The notes: generated by a model not told the origin, from the sequence alone. Counted from the stretch's first letter, positions 1 to 10,343 are shown. The stretch: DNA of 64,000 nt from Patescibacteria group bacterium (GCA_034520665.1 JAXHNJ010000002.1:416660-480659); one strand, 5' to 3'. Numbers and translations are program-made.

Positions 1-1145
1 TTTCTTACAAAATAGTAAAAAAGTGGTAAACAAAAAATTACTTGCCATATCCAGAATGGATAATAATCCCATTGATCCTTAATTATGCCTATCATATACA
101 AAAAATATGAAATTCCATAACCCACTACTGGTAAAACATGCGCCGATTTACCAGCGGGATATTCAATAATATCTTCAATAAAAGTTCCGTAATTCCAAAA
201 TAAAAAGGGAGTTAAAAAAATAATAAAAATTAAAAAAGTTAACCACATTTTCTTAAAAGTAATTAATGCTCTTCTAAAATAATTTTTTATTAAATTTTGA
301 CTATAAAATAAATATATAAAATAAAAAGGAAGAAACAACCAAGCTTGATGCTTGGAAACACAGGCTAGCCCTAAAAATAAACTAGACCAAATATATTTTC
401 TTTTTGTCAATAAATAGATAGATAAAATTAGCCAGAAAAAAATAAAAATATCATTATGACCATTAAAAAACCAGGGGAAAAATAAGGGATTAAAGGCAAA
501 CAATAACAAGGCTATTAACTTTTTATTTTTATTTTTGGGTATTTTATATATTAAAATAAGACTAAATATAAATATAAAAATATGGACTATTCTTTGATCA
601 AAAAACCCAAAAAAATAGTGAGACACTTTATAAAAAGGCCAGGAAAATAAAAAATAATAGGGCAAATAGACATAATGGTGCCAAACTGGGTTATCGCGTT
701 CTCTCTGGCCATATTTTTCTATAAAATAGCTGAAAGATTCCTTATAATTTTCAACATAAGGATTTTTGCCTTCATCTAAATATTTAATAGCTTGTTCGCT
801 AACTAAAATACCATCATGAACATAAATTGGATCAGCTCCTTTTTTTCTTAGTAAAATCTGATAAACTCCGGTAATAATTATAAAAACAAATATTAGTAAA
901 ATAATTATGCATAATTTTATATAATATCTTAAATTATAGTTAATCTTTTTTGATTTAGAAATAATATAATAAAAAATAAACAAAATAAAAAAAGTATAAA
1001 AAAAGATAAAATTACGCGGCAATCCAAAATTAATCGGGATAAACTTAATATAGTGCCAATTAGAAACTGTTAAAATAAAGTTTATACCTAAAACAAACAA
1101 TAAAATCATATCCAGGGAAATTTTATTTTTTATCTCTTTATGCAT
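1..1145 (-). CDS. Polytopic membrane protein, probable GT-C-fold glycosyltransferase (ArnT/PMT-like). Partial: C-terminus runs off the window start. Paralog of 1160..2476.
   Basis: Manual minus-strand translation from the ATG at 1145..1143 gives MHKEIKNKISLDMILLFVL..., then YVHDGILVSEQAIKYLDEGKNPY and NPLFFPWFFNGHNDIFIFFW. These are collinear with the 1160..2476 protein (YIHDGAVQTEEAVKFLSLGKNHY; NPLFFPYLIQGYNDIFVFFW). The ORF is absent from the track because there is no in-window stop. Confidence 0.5.
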   Translation of the reverse strand, partial: MHKEIKNKISLDMILLFVLGINFILTVSNWHYIKFIPINFGLPRNFIFFYTFFILFIFYYIISKSKKINYNLRYYIKLCIIILLIFVFIIITGVYQILLRKKGADPIYVHDGILVSEQAIKYLDEGKNPYVENYKESFSYFIEKYGQRERDNPVWHHYVYLPYYFLFSWPFYKVSHYFFGFFDQRIVHIFIFIFSLILIYKIPKNKNKKLIALLLFAFNPLFFPWFFNGHNDIFIFFWLILSIYLLTKRKYIWSSLFLGLACVSKHQAWLFLPFYFIYLFYSQNLIKNYFRRALITFKKMWLTFLIFIIFLTPFLFWNYGTFIEDIIEYPAGKSAHVLPVVGYGISYFLYMIGIIKDQWDYYPFWIWQVIFCLPLFYYFVR

Positions 1146-1159
1146 ATAAAAATTTAAAT

Positions 1160-2476
1160 TTATCTATTTTTTCCACCTAATGGTTTTTTCTCTTCTATCA
1201 AATAGCCAACTAAAAATATCATTGATAAATATGAAATATAATTATTATTAAAAAATCTTGAAAAAAACCAAAAAACCAAAAGTAAAATTCCGTAAGAAAA
1301 TATAAGATTAGACAAATTATTATTCTTTTTCTGTTTCTTTATTAAAAAATAAATTAATGGCAAACCTATTAAAGCTTGTATTAAGCCAAAAGGGAAGTAA
1401 TCAAAAGTACTTTCAACTAAGCCCATTTTATAGACTAAGCTTGAAACCCCGTAGCCAATCATAGGAAAATTTAAAGTAGCCGCCCCGGCCGGATAAAGAA
1501 AAATATCCTCTATAAAATCATTAGGCGACCAAATAAGAAAAGGTATAAAAATTAATAAACTTATTATAATAAAAGGTATAAACTTTTTAAAAACTAACCC
1601 TATTTTTTGAGTAAATATCTTTACTTTATTTTCAAGAAAATATAGATAACTAAAATAAAATGGTAAAATCAGCCAGGCTGATTGTTTGGAAGCACAGGCC
1701 AAAGCTAACAAAGCAGCCGACCAGTAAAATCTTCTTAATTTTAGCAGATAAAGAGAAGCTAAAAGCCAAAAGAAAACAAATATATCATTATAGCCTTGAA
1801 TAAGATAAGGAAAAAATAAAGGATTAAAAGCAAATATTATTAAGCCGATGAGCTTCATGTTTCTATTCTCTGGTAATTTGTAAATAATAAAAAGACTTAA
1901 TAAAAATAACAAACCATAAACTATTCTTTGATCATAAAAAGAAAATAAAGCCGATGAAATCTTGTAAAATGGTACGGAAAAAAGAGAGTAAAAAGGTAAA
2001 TAAACGTGATAATACCAAGCCGGATTAGCCCTTTCTTCCCCACTATAAAAATCGCCAAATACACCAAAAGAAGTATTTTGATAATTAACAGCGTAATGAT
2101 TTTTACCAAGGCTTAAAAATTTTACTGCCTCTTCGGTCTGTACAGCCCCGTCATGAATATATTTTGGATTATTTGTTTTTTCCCTTAAAACTATTTGATA
2201 GGCCAGCATTGAAAAAATGAAAAACAGAATTATCGAAAATAGCAAAATACTCTTATAAAAAAACTTTTTTTCTTTTTTAAAATCAGCCCAGGAAATAAAA
2301 AAATAAACCGCCAATAAAATAAAAATTATAAAAGAAAAAATGTAATTTCGGGGTGGCCCTTGCATCGGTATAAAAGTAATTTCATGCCAGCTTTCAATTG
2401 TAAAAAGATAATGAGTAAGAAAAATAAAAAGAATAATAAAATCAAGACCTATTCTTTTTTTTATTTTACTTATCAT
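1160..2476 (-). CDS. Polytopic membrane protein, probable GT-C-fold glycosyltransferase (ArnT/PMT/DUF2079-like).
   Basis: About 12 predicted hydrophobic helices and an aromatic-rich composition. It is a tandem paralog of the partial ORF at 1..1145. Family assignment is from general architecture only. Confidence 0.5.
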   Translation of the reverse strand: MISKIKKRIGLDFIILFIFLTHYLFTIESWHEITFIPMQGPPRNYIFSFIIFILLAVYFFISWADFKKEKKFFYKSILLFSIILFFIFSMLAYQIVLREKTNNPKYIHDGAVQTEEAVKFLSLGKNHYAVNYQNTSFGVFGDFYSGEERANPAWYYHVYLPFYSLFSVPFYKISSALFSFYDQRIVYGLLFLLSLFIIYKLPENRNMKLIGLIIFAFNPLFFPYLIQGYNDIFVFFWLLASLYLLKLRRFYWSAALLALACASKQSAWLILPFYFSYLYFLENKVKIFTQKIGLVFKKFIPFIIISLLIFIPFLIWSPNDFIEDIFLYPAGAATLNFPMIGYGVSSLVYKMGLVESTFDYFPFGLIQALIGLPLIYFLIKKQKKNNNLSNLIFSYGILLLVFWFFSRFFNNNYISYLSMIFLVGYLIEEKKPLGGKNR

Positions 2477-4090
2477 TTAATTAATTAGGTATAAATAAAC
2501 CTGGTTATCTTCATAAACTAAAGAAAAACCCTTGGTGGAAGAAACATGGTTATACATGCCCGTATGGTCTTTTTCAATCAATATATAGGAAGCTTTAAAT
2601 TCATTTTTAACCACTGAATACAAATCAGGCACATTTTTACCGGTGGTTAAATTAACCCATTTCCAGTATAAGTCCTTATCATATTCATACATAAAAGTTG
2701 GATCCAATCCAACAATATAATAATTATGACTATTGTGATAAAACAAAGTGGGAAAATCATCCCAGTCAGAATGAATAACAATTGAACCTTTTTTTGAATT
2801 AAATTTTAACCACTGCGAAACATAATAAAATTTATCAAAACTAATACCACTGCTTAAATCATTTTTAACTGTTTTAAAATCACGCATAACAACAGTTGGA
2901 AAAATTATTAGAATATATAAAATTAGTAAGGTAATTATAATTTTAGAAAAAATATTTTTGAAATATATTTCTTTAAACTGATTAAAAAACTTTTTTATAT
3001 TTACCCCCTTCAGAGAATCACTAATAGAAACCGCCGCAAAAAGCATACCAAAAGGCACATAGTATTCAACATAACGACGTGATTTCAAAGTAAAGGCAAA
3101 GAAAAAAATAAAAATTAAAAAAGTAGTAAAAGACAACTTTGATTGTTTTTTAAAGTATATAAAAAATAAAACTAAAGCCACTACTAATATTACAGAAAGG
3201 CTAATAGTATTAGAAATAAGTTCTATAAAGCCGTAATTATACCACTCTCCGCCAACCCCAATAATATTTTTATAATTGATAATACCAATTTTAATAAGTT
3301 GATTATAATAAAATTTTAAATTCTGAGGAAAGTAAAAATTTATAATTACTCCGCCAGTTACGCCTAAAAAGCTAGCCAGAAAGATTTTCAGATATATTTT
3401 TCTATTTTCCAAAAAACGCCGACCCCGACCAACTACTGCGTATAATCTTTCAATTAATTTATGATAATAAAGACGTTTTAAAATACGATGATAAAAAAAG
3501 TGAACCAAGAGAAAGCAAAAACTAACAAATAAAATAAGTATAAAACCACCATAAAACCAGACATACAGAAAAGATAAGAGAAAAAGCGACTTATATTTAT
3601 GGCTGAAGATAAAATAAAGACCCAAAAGTAAAATTATAATAGAAAGACCGGGCGCTTTAGCCAGGGAAATTCGAAAAACAAAAGGATTAATCGTTAAAAG
3701 CAACAAAGGGTAAATAAAAGCCCAGCGTACTCTCATACGCCGCAAAAACCAGTAAAAAACCAGAATTAATAAAGTAGCCAAAAAAACCGTAGCCAGCTTA
3801 ATACCAATTAAGGGCCGGAAAAATGTTACCCAGGGAATAAGGCTAAAATGATATAAAAAATGCTGATTAGTAAAATTTTCTTTAAGAACCGTGTATTGAA
3901 GCCAAGGAAATTCTTCCAAAACCCCCTCATCTCTCAACAAAACTGACATCTTGGCGTGATAATATGAATCCGGGTCAGCAAAAGCGGTCGAATACTGCAA
4001 ATAGGAAAAAATTAAAAAGCAAATTAGAAATAAAATTATATATGAAAACCAGGACCAGTTTTCTTTAAGCCAGTAATAGAGTTTTGTCAT
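2477..4090 (-). CDS. Membrane protein with an N-terminal multi-TM GT-C-like region and a C-terminal soluble domain; putative glycosyltransferase.
   Basis: N-terminal TM helices, then ADPDSYYHAKMSV (an acidic first-loop motif reminiscent of ArnT/PMT GT-C enzymes). The C-terminal roughly 150 aa are hydrophilic. Its stop abuts the start of the 1160..2476 gene, so the two are probably co-transcribed. Confidence 0.45.
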   Translation of the reverse strand: MTKLYYWLKENWSWFSYIILFLICFLIFSYLQYSTAFADPDSYYHAKMSVLLRDEGVLEEFPWLQYTVLKENFTNQHFLYHFSLIPWVTFFRPLIGIKLATVFLATLLILVFYWFLRRMRVRWAFIYPLLLLTINPFVFRISLAKAPGLSIIILLLGLYFIFSHKYKSLFLLSFLYVWFYGGFILILFVSFCFLLVHFFYHRILKRLYYHKLIERLYAVVGRGRRFLENRKIYLKIFLASFLGVTGGVIINFYFPQNLKFYYNQLIKIGIINYKNIIGVGGEWYNYGFIELISNTISLSVILVVALVLFFIYFKKQSKLSFTTFLIFIFFFAFTLKSRRYVEYYVPFGMLFAAVSISDSLKGVNIKKFFNQFKEIYFKNIFSKIIITLLILYILIIFPTVVMRDFKTVKNDLSSGISFDKFYYVSQWLKFNSKKGSIVIHSDWDDFPTLFYHNSHNYYIVGLDPTFMYEYDKDLYWKWVNLTTGKNVPDLYSVVKNEFKASYILIEKDHTGMYNHVSSTKGFSLVYEDNQVYLYLIN

Positions 4091-4184
4091 AATGTTTATA
4101 TTATAACATTATTTTTTATATTTAAAAAAGAGCTTTTGCCCAAGCATGGCCGACAAAAGCTCTTAGATTATAAATAAATTATTA

Positions 4185-5255
4185 CTATTTTGAAAGTTGT
4201 TTTTTAAAATAATCAACTAAAGGAATTTTTTGCGGGTCTTTCTGGTTTAAAACAGCTAAATAAAAGCTAACAAAACTACCCAAAGTGAGTAGATAAAAGG
4301 ATTGACTTAAAAAATCTTTTCCTTTTAAATCAACATTAATTGATTTTAAATTTTTTTTGCCTAGAATATTTTTAGTTATTTTAAATCTTTTTTTCAAACG
4401 AGAAGGCAGTAAATTTGAAGGCAAAAAAATGAATAAAAATTTCTTTAATAAATCTGGATGCGATAAACCCTCTATTAAGTGATGATTCATTTCCGGTAAG
4501 GCATAATAAGCGGCAAAATTCTTGGCGTTTTCCTGTAATTGATTGGCTAAAACGTGAAGGTTGCCTAAAAAATCATTACTGGACAGCAAGACCGGCACCT
4601 TCTTGTGAATTTTAGAAGCTAATTTTTTAGCCGGGTTTTTATTAAAATCTTTTTTGGCCTCAAATTTTAAACTTTCTTTTTCAACTAATGATAAAGCTTT
4701 ATTAATTTCGCTTTTTTTTAGGTCTAAAAATTGAAGACGCCGTAAAATTTGTATTAATCCTCCAATTGAATAACCCAGGCCTAAACGAGGCTGGTTTGAC
4801 GGATTAAAAGAAGGCTTAAAAATATAAGCCGGTATTTTATTTTTTTTAGCTAGTTTTCCTAATTTACCTCCACTAGTGATTATTAATATTTTTGCCTGAC
4901 GTTTTATGGCTTTTTTGGTAGTTATAATTACCTCTTCAGTATGGCCTGAATAAGAGGAGGATAAAAATAATGTTTTTTTATCAACAAACCGGGGCAAACG
5001 ATAGCCAGAGATAATAGTAATCGGTTTTTTCAACTTGTCAGCTAGAGCCTGACGTAAAAGGTCACAGCCAATTTCTGATCCTCCCATACCACTTAAAACT
5101 ATTTTATCTACTTTTTTATAATGAGCCGGTAGCTTTATCTTTAATACTTCCGACAAGGATTGTTTGACCTGATCAGTTAAGCTTTCAATCGATTCTAAAA
5201 TCTGGCCTTGGTTGTATTTTTTTATTTGTTTTTGGCTGTTTAATATTTTTTTCAT
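4185..5255 (-). CDS. pgi: SIS-domain bifunctional phosphoglucose/phosphomannose isomerase (PGI/PMI family).
   Basis: KIVLSGMGGSEIGCDLL and SSSYSGHTEEV are SIS-domain motifs typical of archaeal/bacterial bifunctional PGI-PMI. Confidence 0.7.
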   Translation of the reverse strand: MKKILNSQKQIKKYNQGQILESIESLTDQVKQSLSEVLKIKLPAHYKKVDKIVLSGMGGSEIGCDLLRQALADKLKKPITIISGYRLPRFVDKKTLFLSSSYSGHTEEVIITTKKAIKRQAKILIITSGGKLGKLAKKNKIPAYIFKPSFNPSNQPRLGLGYSIGGLIQILRRLQFLDLKKSEINKALSLVEKESLKFEAKKDFNKNPAKKLASKIHKKVPVLLSSNDFLGNLHVLANQLQENAKNFAAYYALPEMNHHLIEGLSHPDLLKKFLFIFLPSNLLPSRLKKRFKITKNILGKKNLKSINVDLKGKDFLSQSFYLLTLGSFVSFYLAVLNQKDPQKIPLVDYFKKQLSK

Positions 5256-5325
5256 TGATTTTTATTCAAGCGATTATACTTTATCACAAAACTCTTTATA
5301 AAGGCAAATTATACTTAAGTTTCTG

Positions 5326-5361
5326 GTTTACTAAAGACACAAAAAATGTTATAATTTAACT
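5326..5361 (+). promoter_or_regulatory. Sigma70-like promoter for the yebC-ruvC operon.
   Basis: TTTACT-17 nt-TATAAT (tttactaaagacacaaaaaatgttataat) lies about 20 nt upstream of the ATG at 5380. Confidence 0.45.
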
Positions 5362-5379
5362 AATAATTGATATTTTTTT

Positions 5380-6099
5380 ATGTCCGGGCATTCAAAATGG
5401 TCAAAAATTAAAAGACAAAAGCAAGCTACTGACAAAAAAAAGGGTAAAATCTTTTCTAAATTATCCAAGACTATCTCCATAGCTGTTCGCGAAAAAGGCA
5501 AAGATCCGGCAGATAATTCTGATCTGCGCCTAGCTATTGAAAAAGCCAGGGAAGCTAATATGCCTTCCACAAATATTGAAAAGGCTATAAAAAGAGGAGC
5601 TGGAGAAATTGAAGGCCGGGAAATTGAACAAGGAATTTATGAAATATACGGCCCCGGAGGCCTGGCTATTATTGTAAAAGTGCTAACTGACAATAATAAT
5701 CGCACGGTTTCCGAAATTAAAAATATTGTCTCTGAACACGGCGGCAATCTCGGACAATCCGGCTCAGTACTTTATCTTTTTAATCAAATGGGGATAATTG
5801 AAATTGAACCTGAAAATTCAGATAAAGAAAAAATGTTTTTAGAAGTGGCCGAATTAGGCGCCGAGGATATTGAAGAAAGTAATGAAGTGATTAAAATTAT
5901 TACCAAAAAAGAAAACCTGCAAGAAATTCAAAAAGGATTGGAAAAAAAATATAAAATTACTTCCGCTGGTATAGGCATGATTCCGGAAGTTTTGGTAGAA
6001 ATCGAGAATGAAAAAGAAAAAAATAAATTAAAAAAATTATTAGAAGCTCTGGAAAATCAGGAAGACGTGGAGAAAATCTTCACTAATTTAAAAAAATAA
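5380..6099 (+). CDS. yebC: YebC/PmpR family DNA-binding transcriptional regulator.
   Basis: N-terminal MSGHSKWSKIKRQKQATDKKKGKIFSKLSK...LRLAIEKAREANMP is the YebC (DUF28) signature. Confidence 0.9.
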   Translation: MSGHSKWSKIKRQKQATDKKKGKIFSKLSKTISIAVREKGKDPADNSDLRLAIEKAREANMPSTNIEKAIKRGAGEIEGREIEQGIYEIYGPGGLAIIVKVLTDNNNRTVSEIKNIVSEHGGNLGQSGSVLYLFNQMGIIEIEPENSDKEKMFLEVAELGAEDIEESNEVIKIITKKENLQEIQKGLEKKYKITSAGIGMIPEVLVEIENEKEKNKLKKLLEALENQEDVEKIFTNLKK

Positions 6100-6101
6100 A
6101 T

Positions 6102-6581
6102 ATGAAAATACTCGGTCTAGACCCAGGATTGGCTTATACTGGTTACGCTATAATTAAAAAAGAAAAAAATAATATTGAAGTTATTAAATACGGCTGTTTA
6201 AATACCCAGGCTGGAGAAAAAATAGAAAATCGGCTCAACAATATTTTTAAAAAATTAAATAAAATAATAAACCAATATAACCCTGATAAAATGGCGGCTG
6301 AAAATCTATATTTTTGCAAAAATGTTAGTTCCGCCTTTAAAGTTGGTCAGACTAAGGGCATTATTAATTTAGCCGCGGCTAAAAAAAAGATTCCTATTTT
6401 TGAATATACCCCCCTTCAGATTAAGCAAGCTATTACCGGTTATGGCCGGGCTAGTAAGAGTCAGGTTCAAAAAATGCTGAAAAGTATTTTAAAACTAAAA
6501 AAAATACCTACGCCTGATCACGCCTCAGACGCCCTGGCCGTGGCTTACTGCTGTGCCAGTACTAAAGAATATTTAAAATGA
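6102..6581 (+). CDS. ruvC: Crossover junction endodeoxyribonuclease RuvC.
   Basis: MKILGLDPGLAYTGYAII has the catalytic Asp at the start of an RNase H-like fold. Length and position after yebC are typical. Confidence 0.9.
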   Translation: MKILGLDPGLAYTGYAIIKKEKNNIEVIKYGCLNTQAGEKIENRLNNIFKKLNKIINQYNPDKMAAENLYFCKNVSSAFKVGQTKGIINLAAAKKKIPIFEYTPLQIKQAITGYGRASKSQVQKMLKSILKLKKIPTPDHASDALAVAYCCASTKEYLK

Positions 6582-7654
6582 AAAATAAGAAAAAAATTCA
6601 AAAACTTATTAAAAGTTCTAAGGCCGTTATTTCAGACTGTGCCTTGGAAAATGGGGCCATTGTCGCCGCTAATACTGATAAATCTTATTATCCTCGAGAA
6701 GCCGGAAATTACCGCTATGTCTGGCCTCGGGACGCTTCTTTTATCTGTCTGGCTGGAAAGTATTTAAATCTTTCTTTAGCAGAAAAATTTTTAGTATGGC
6801 TTTATAAAAAACCCGAGGACTTTAAAAAAGAAAAGCTGCTTTATGCTAATTATTCAACTAATGGCCGTATAGCTTCTCTTGGTTCTCAATTTGAACCAGA
6901 TCAAATGGGTATAGTCCTCTGGTTAATACATTTTTTATATAAAGATAACTTAAACAACGCTTTAAAGCACCAAGCTCTTATAAAAAGATTGGCTGAAGGA
7001 CTTTGTCAAGCTTGGAATAAAACTTATTTTCTCCCTAATACTTTGGATCTCTGGGAGGACGGTTTTAGGAAAACTTCTTCAGTTATGGAAAATAACTTCA
7101 CTTATTCTCTGGCTGCCTGCGCCCGCGGGCTCCTGTGTGCTCATGAAATTATACCAAACAAAAATTGGGAGAAAACGGCCAAGCAAATGATTTCAGAAAT
7201 TGAAGAAGCCTACAGTAAAGAATTTGGCTATTTCTTACGTAATTGCGGCCGTATCTGTGACAAAAATATTGACGCCTCTTTAGTCGGGTTGGTCTGGCCT
7301 TTTGAAATTATATCCCCAAAAGATGAAAGAATAATTAAGACAATTAAAAAAATTGAGCAGAATATTGTCGTTAGTGGCGGAGTTCACCGTTTTCAGTTTG
7401 ATTATTTTGATTCAGAAGGTACAGCTTGGGAAGGCGGTGGGGCCTGGCCTGTTTTAAACTTTTGGCTGGCTATATATTGGCACTTGGCCGGCCATAAGAA
7501 AAAGGCTGAATCTTATTATCAGTGGGTTATTGAGAGAGTAGATAAATATATCCCTGAACAAATTTTTCAGGATTTTCGCCAAGGTATCTCCCCTCTAGCC
7601 TGGAGTCACGCCATGTTTATTATAGCTAGCCATTATTTAGGATATTTAAAATAA
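6578..7654 (+). CDS. Glycoside hydrolase family 15 (glucoamylase/glucodextranase-like) catalytic (alpha/alpha)6 domain.
   Basis: YVWPRDASFI and LDLWEDG are GH15 catalytic-region motifs. The ORF overlaps the ruvC stop by 4 nt. Confidence 0.7.
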   Translation: MKNKKKIQKLIKSSKAVISDCALENGAIVAANTDKSYYPREAGNYRYVWPRDASFICLAGKYLNLSLAEKFLVWLYKKPEDFKKEKLLYANYSTNGRIASLGSQFEPDQMGIVLWLIHFLYKDNLNNALKHQALIKRLAEGLCQAWNKTYFLPNTLDLWEDGFRKTSSVMENNFTYSLAACARGLLCAHEIIPNKNWEKTAKQMISEIEEAYSKEFGYFLRNCGRICDKNIDASLVGLVWPFEIISPKDERIIKTIKKIEQNIVVSGGVHRFQFDYFDSEGTAWEGGGAWPVLNFWLAIYWHLAGHKKKAESYYQWVIERVDKYIPEQIFQDFRQGISPLAWSHAMFIIASHYLGYLK

Positions 7655-9114
7655 TGAATAAAAAATTAAAAATTTTAATAGTCAGTCCGGAAATTTCTCC
7701 CTATGCTAAAACCGGGGGGCTGGGCGACGTGGCTAACGCCCTACCAAAAGCTTTAGCTAAAATGGAAGAAGACGTTTCTCTAGTTATGCCTTACTATAGC
7801 TTCATTAAAAAACAAAAATTAAAAACTAAAAAATTAGCTGAAGAAGAAATAAAAATTGGTAAAAGTAAATATCCTGTTATTTTTTTTAGAACTTGGTTTC
7901 AGTCAAAGTGTCCGCTTTATTTAATCTATAATAAAGAATTTTTTGAGCGCCAAAAAATGTACGGAGAAAAAGATGATAACTTAAGGTTTCTCTTCTTTGA
8001 TAAAGCTGTTTTAAAAATGGTTAAGAGACTTAATCTAGAGCTTGATCTAATACATTGCCATGACTGGCAGAGTGGCCTTATTCCTAATTTTATAAAAAAA
8101 TCTAAAAATAAAAAACTCTCTAGTATAGCCACTCTCTACACTATTCATAATCTCCCTTTTCAATTCCAACAAGACTGGTGGAGAGTCTCAAAAAAAAATA
8201 AAGATCATGGTCGAGGCCGACCTAAAATTCAAGATAAAAGAAAAATAAAATACATTAATTTTGCTCATCGAGCCATTAAAAACTCTGATATTATAAACAC
8301 TGTCTCCCAGCGCTACGCCAAAGAAATATTAACTCATAAATTTGCTCAGGGACTAGACAAAATTTTAAAAGAGAGAAAAAAAGATATATATGGTATTATT
8401 AACGGTATTGATTACACAGTTTTTAACCCAGCCTTTGATAAGAATATAAACTATAATTATGATTGGAATTCCCTGGATAAAAAAAAGAAAAATAAAATAG
8501 TATTACAAAAAGAAGTCGGTCTGGAAAAAAAAGCAGAAACTCCTATTATCGGCTTAGTTCACCGCCTGACAGAGCAAAAAGGTTTTGACTTAATCTTACA
8601 AATAATTGAATATCTTTTAAAACTTAATTTACAGATCATAGTTGTCGGCTCGGGTAATAAATCTTATATAAAATCCTTTAAAAAATTATCCCGTAAAAAA
8701 CCGAAAAAAATTGCTATTTACGCTCCTTTCACCGAGAAAATGGCCTCGCGAGTTTATGCTGGCTCTGATATGTTTCTTATGCCTTCACGCTATGAACCCT
8801 GCGGTATTTCTCAGCTTATTAGTATGCGTTATGGTTCTATACCCATAGTCCATGAAACCGGTGGGCTTTCTGATACTATTACCAATTATAATCCCCGCAC
8901 AGCCAAAGGCAATGGTTTTAAATTCTCCCGCTACAGCAAAGAAGATCTTTTAATGGCTATCGTCAGAGCTTTGGAAAATTTTAAACACCGTAAATCATGG
9001 GAACATTTAACCTGGCAGGCTATGAGGCTTTCTTTTTCCTGGGAATTACCCGCTAAAAAATATTTAGCTCTTTACCGCAAAGCTGTAGATAAACATAAAA
9101 AAATAAAAAAATGA
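7654..9114 (+). CDS. glgA: Glycogen/starch synthase (GT5 family, GlgA).
   Basis: N-terminal EISPYAKTGGLGDVANALPKALA (the KxGGL motif). C-terminal GT-B domain with SRYEPCGISQL. Confidence 0.85.
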   Translation: MNKKLKILIVSPEISPYAKTGGLGDVANALPKALAKMEEDVSLVMPYYSFIKKQKLKTKKLAEEEIKIGKSKYPVIFFRTWFQSKCPLYLIYNKEFFERQKMYGEKDDNLRFLFFDKAVLKMVKRLNLELDLIHCHDWQSGLIPNFIKKSKNKKLSSIATLYTIHNLPFQFQQDWWRVSKKNKDHGRGRPKIQDKRKIKYINFAHRAIKNSDIINTVSQRYAKEILTHKFAQGLDKILKERKKDIYGIINGIDYTVFNPAFDKNINYNYDWNSLDKKKKNKIVLQKEVGLEKKAETPIIGLVHRLTEQKGFDLILQIIEYLLKLNLQIIVVGSGNKSYIKSFKKLSRKKPKKIAIYAPFTEKMASRVYAGSDMFLMPSRYEPCGISQLISMRYGSIPIVHETGGLSDTITNYNPRTAKGNGFKFSRYSKEDLLMAIVRALENFKHRKSWEHLTWQAMRLSFSWELPAKKYLALYRKAVDKHKKIKK

Positions 9115-10343
9115 TTTGGTCTAACCTGCTTCACATCTATCAGCCACCCAACTGGGATAAAAAAATTATTAAAAAAGTAGCTAAAGAAAGTTATCAGCCA
9201 ATTTTAAATATATTAGAAAAAAATCCAGCTATTAAAATTACCCTCAATATTAACGCCTCATTAACTGAACAATTAGTTGCCTGCGGTTATAAAAATATTA
9301 TTAATCAGATCAAAAATTTAGCCCAAAAAGAACAAATTGAATTCACACACAGTGCCAAATTTCATTTAATACTGCCGCTTTATTCCTTAAAAACAATTGA
9401 AAGGCAAATTCGTCTTAACCAAAAAACAAATTTAAAATATTTCGGTAAAGTTTATCAGCCTAAAGGTTTTTTCCCGCCGGAAATGGCCTGGCATAATAAG
9501 TTAATCCCTATTCTGAAAAAATTTGCTATCGAGTGGGTAGCTCTAGATGAAATTTGCGCTCGGGGAGATCTAGGGAAAATTAGCTTTGACCAGGGTTATC
9601 AATCAAAAAAGGAAAATATTAAATTTATCTTCCGCAACCGCAAGATTAGCGACTACTTTATTTTTGAACCAGAGACAAAAAATATAAATAAATTTTTCAG
9701 CAATATTAAAAAAGAAAAAAGAGGCCAAAAAATACTAATTTCAGCCATGGACGGTGAAAATCTGGGGCATCATCGGCCTGGAGCTGATAAAATCTGGCAA
9801 AAATTAATGACAAATAAAAAAGTTAAATCAATGAATTATACTTCATTACTAAAAGAATACAATCAATTTAAAAAAATAAAATCAGTTCCAGGCAGCTGGT
9901 CTTCAGAAGTAAAAGAAATTAAAAATAATATTCCTTATGCTTTATGGAAAAATCATAATAACCCGATACACAAAATACAGTGGCAGTTAAATAATAAGGT
10001 AATCTCCTTGTTTAAGTTAGCCAAAAAAAGAAAAGATAAAAATATTCACAAAACTCAAAAAATGCTTGATCGAGCCCTGGCCTCTGATAAATTTTGGTGG
10101 GCTTCTATGCGGCCTTGGTGGGACTATGAAATAATTATCAGAGAGTCAAAAGAATTATATAATGTTATTTTAGCTTTAGAAAGTTTGAAGACCGAAGAAA
10201 AAAAATCAGCTAAGAAAATATTTAAAGAATTAAAAGAAAACACAACCAAATATGAAAAACAAGGCTTAGCAAAAGAAAATATTAAAAAATATTTAAATAA
10301 AATCGGATTTATCCCTAAAATGGGAGGAGAAAAAATAATTTAA
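9111..10343 (+). CDS. Glycoside hydrolase family 57 protein (alpha-glucan branching/transferase/amylase family).
   Basis: LLHIYQPPN matches GH57 region I, KGFFPPEMAW region III and ISAMDGENLGHH region IV (catalytic Asp and DGE-FGHH). Confidence 0.7.
   Translation: MIWSNLLHIYQPPNWDKKIIKKVAKESYQPILNILEKNPAIKITLNINASLTEQLVACGYKNIINQIKNLAQKEQIEFTHSAKFHLILPLYSLKTIERQIRLNQKTNLKYFGKVYQPKGFFPPEMAWHNKLIPILKKFAIEWVALDEICARGDLGKISFDQGYQSKKENIKFIFRNRKISDYFIFEPETKNINKFFSNIKKEKRGQKILISAMDGENLGHHRPGADKIWQKLMTNKKVKSMNYTSLLKEYNQFKKIKSVPGSWSSEVKEIKNNIPYALWKNHNNPIHKIQWQLNNKVISLFKLAKKRKDKNIHKTQKMLDRALASDKFWWASMRPWWDYEIIIRESKELYNVILALESLKTEEKKSAKKIFKELKENTTKYEKQGLAKENIKKYLNKIGFIPKMGGEKII

Noticed and set aside
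1921-2109. Short antisense/embedded ORFs in the track (for example 1921..2109, 7926..8132, 10431..10661, 10690..10914, 11046..11243, 13073..13273, 13711..13950, 16253..16540, 20178..20495, 23686..24307 group, 26608..26832, 27382..27564, 27815..28045, 28377..28580, 29636..29851, 30194..30421, 31246..32609 group, 33751..34093, 36737..36988, 37356..37740, 40287..40935, 42275..42460, 42882..43223, 43717..43911, 47142..47366, 49932..50702 group, 51128..52323, 53005..53202, 55390..55578, 56449..56715, 57023..57826, 58477..58879, 62541..62777, 62855..63250, 63392..63772).
   Set aside because: Each is nested in or antisense to a larger ORF with clear homology-type motifs, and they are AT-rich low-complexity translations. 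No independent support.
5349-5570. 73-aa minus-strand ORF overlapping the yebC start and promoter.
   Set aside because: Overlaps a confidently assigned gene and its promoter, with no homology signal. Likely spurious.
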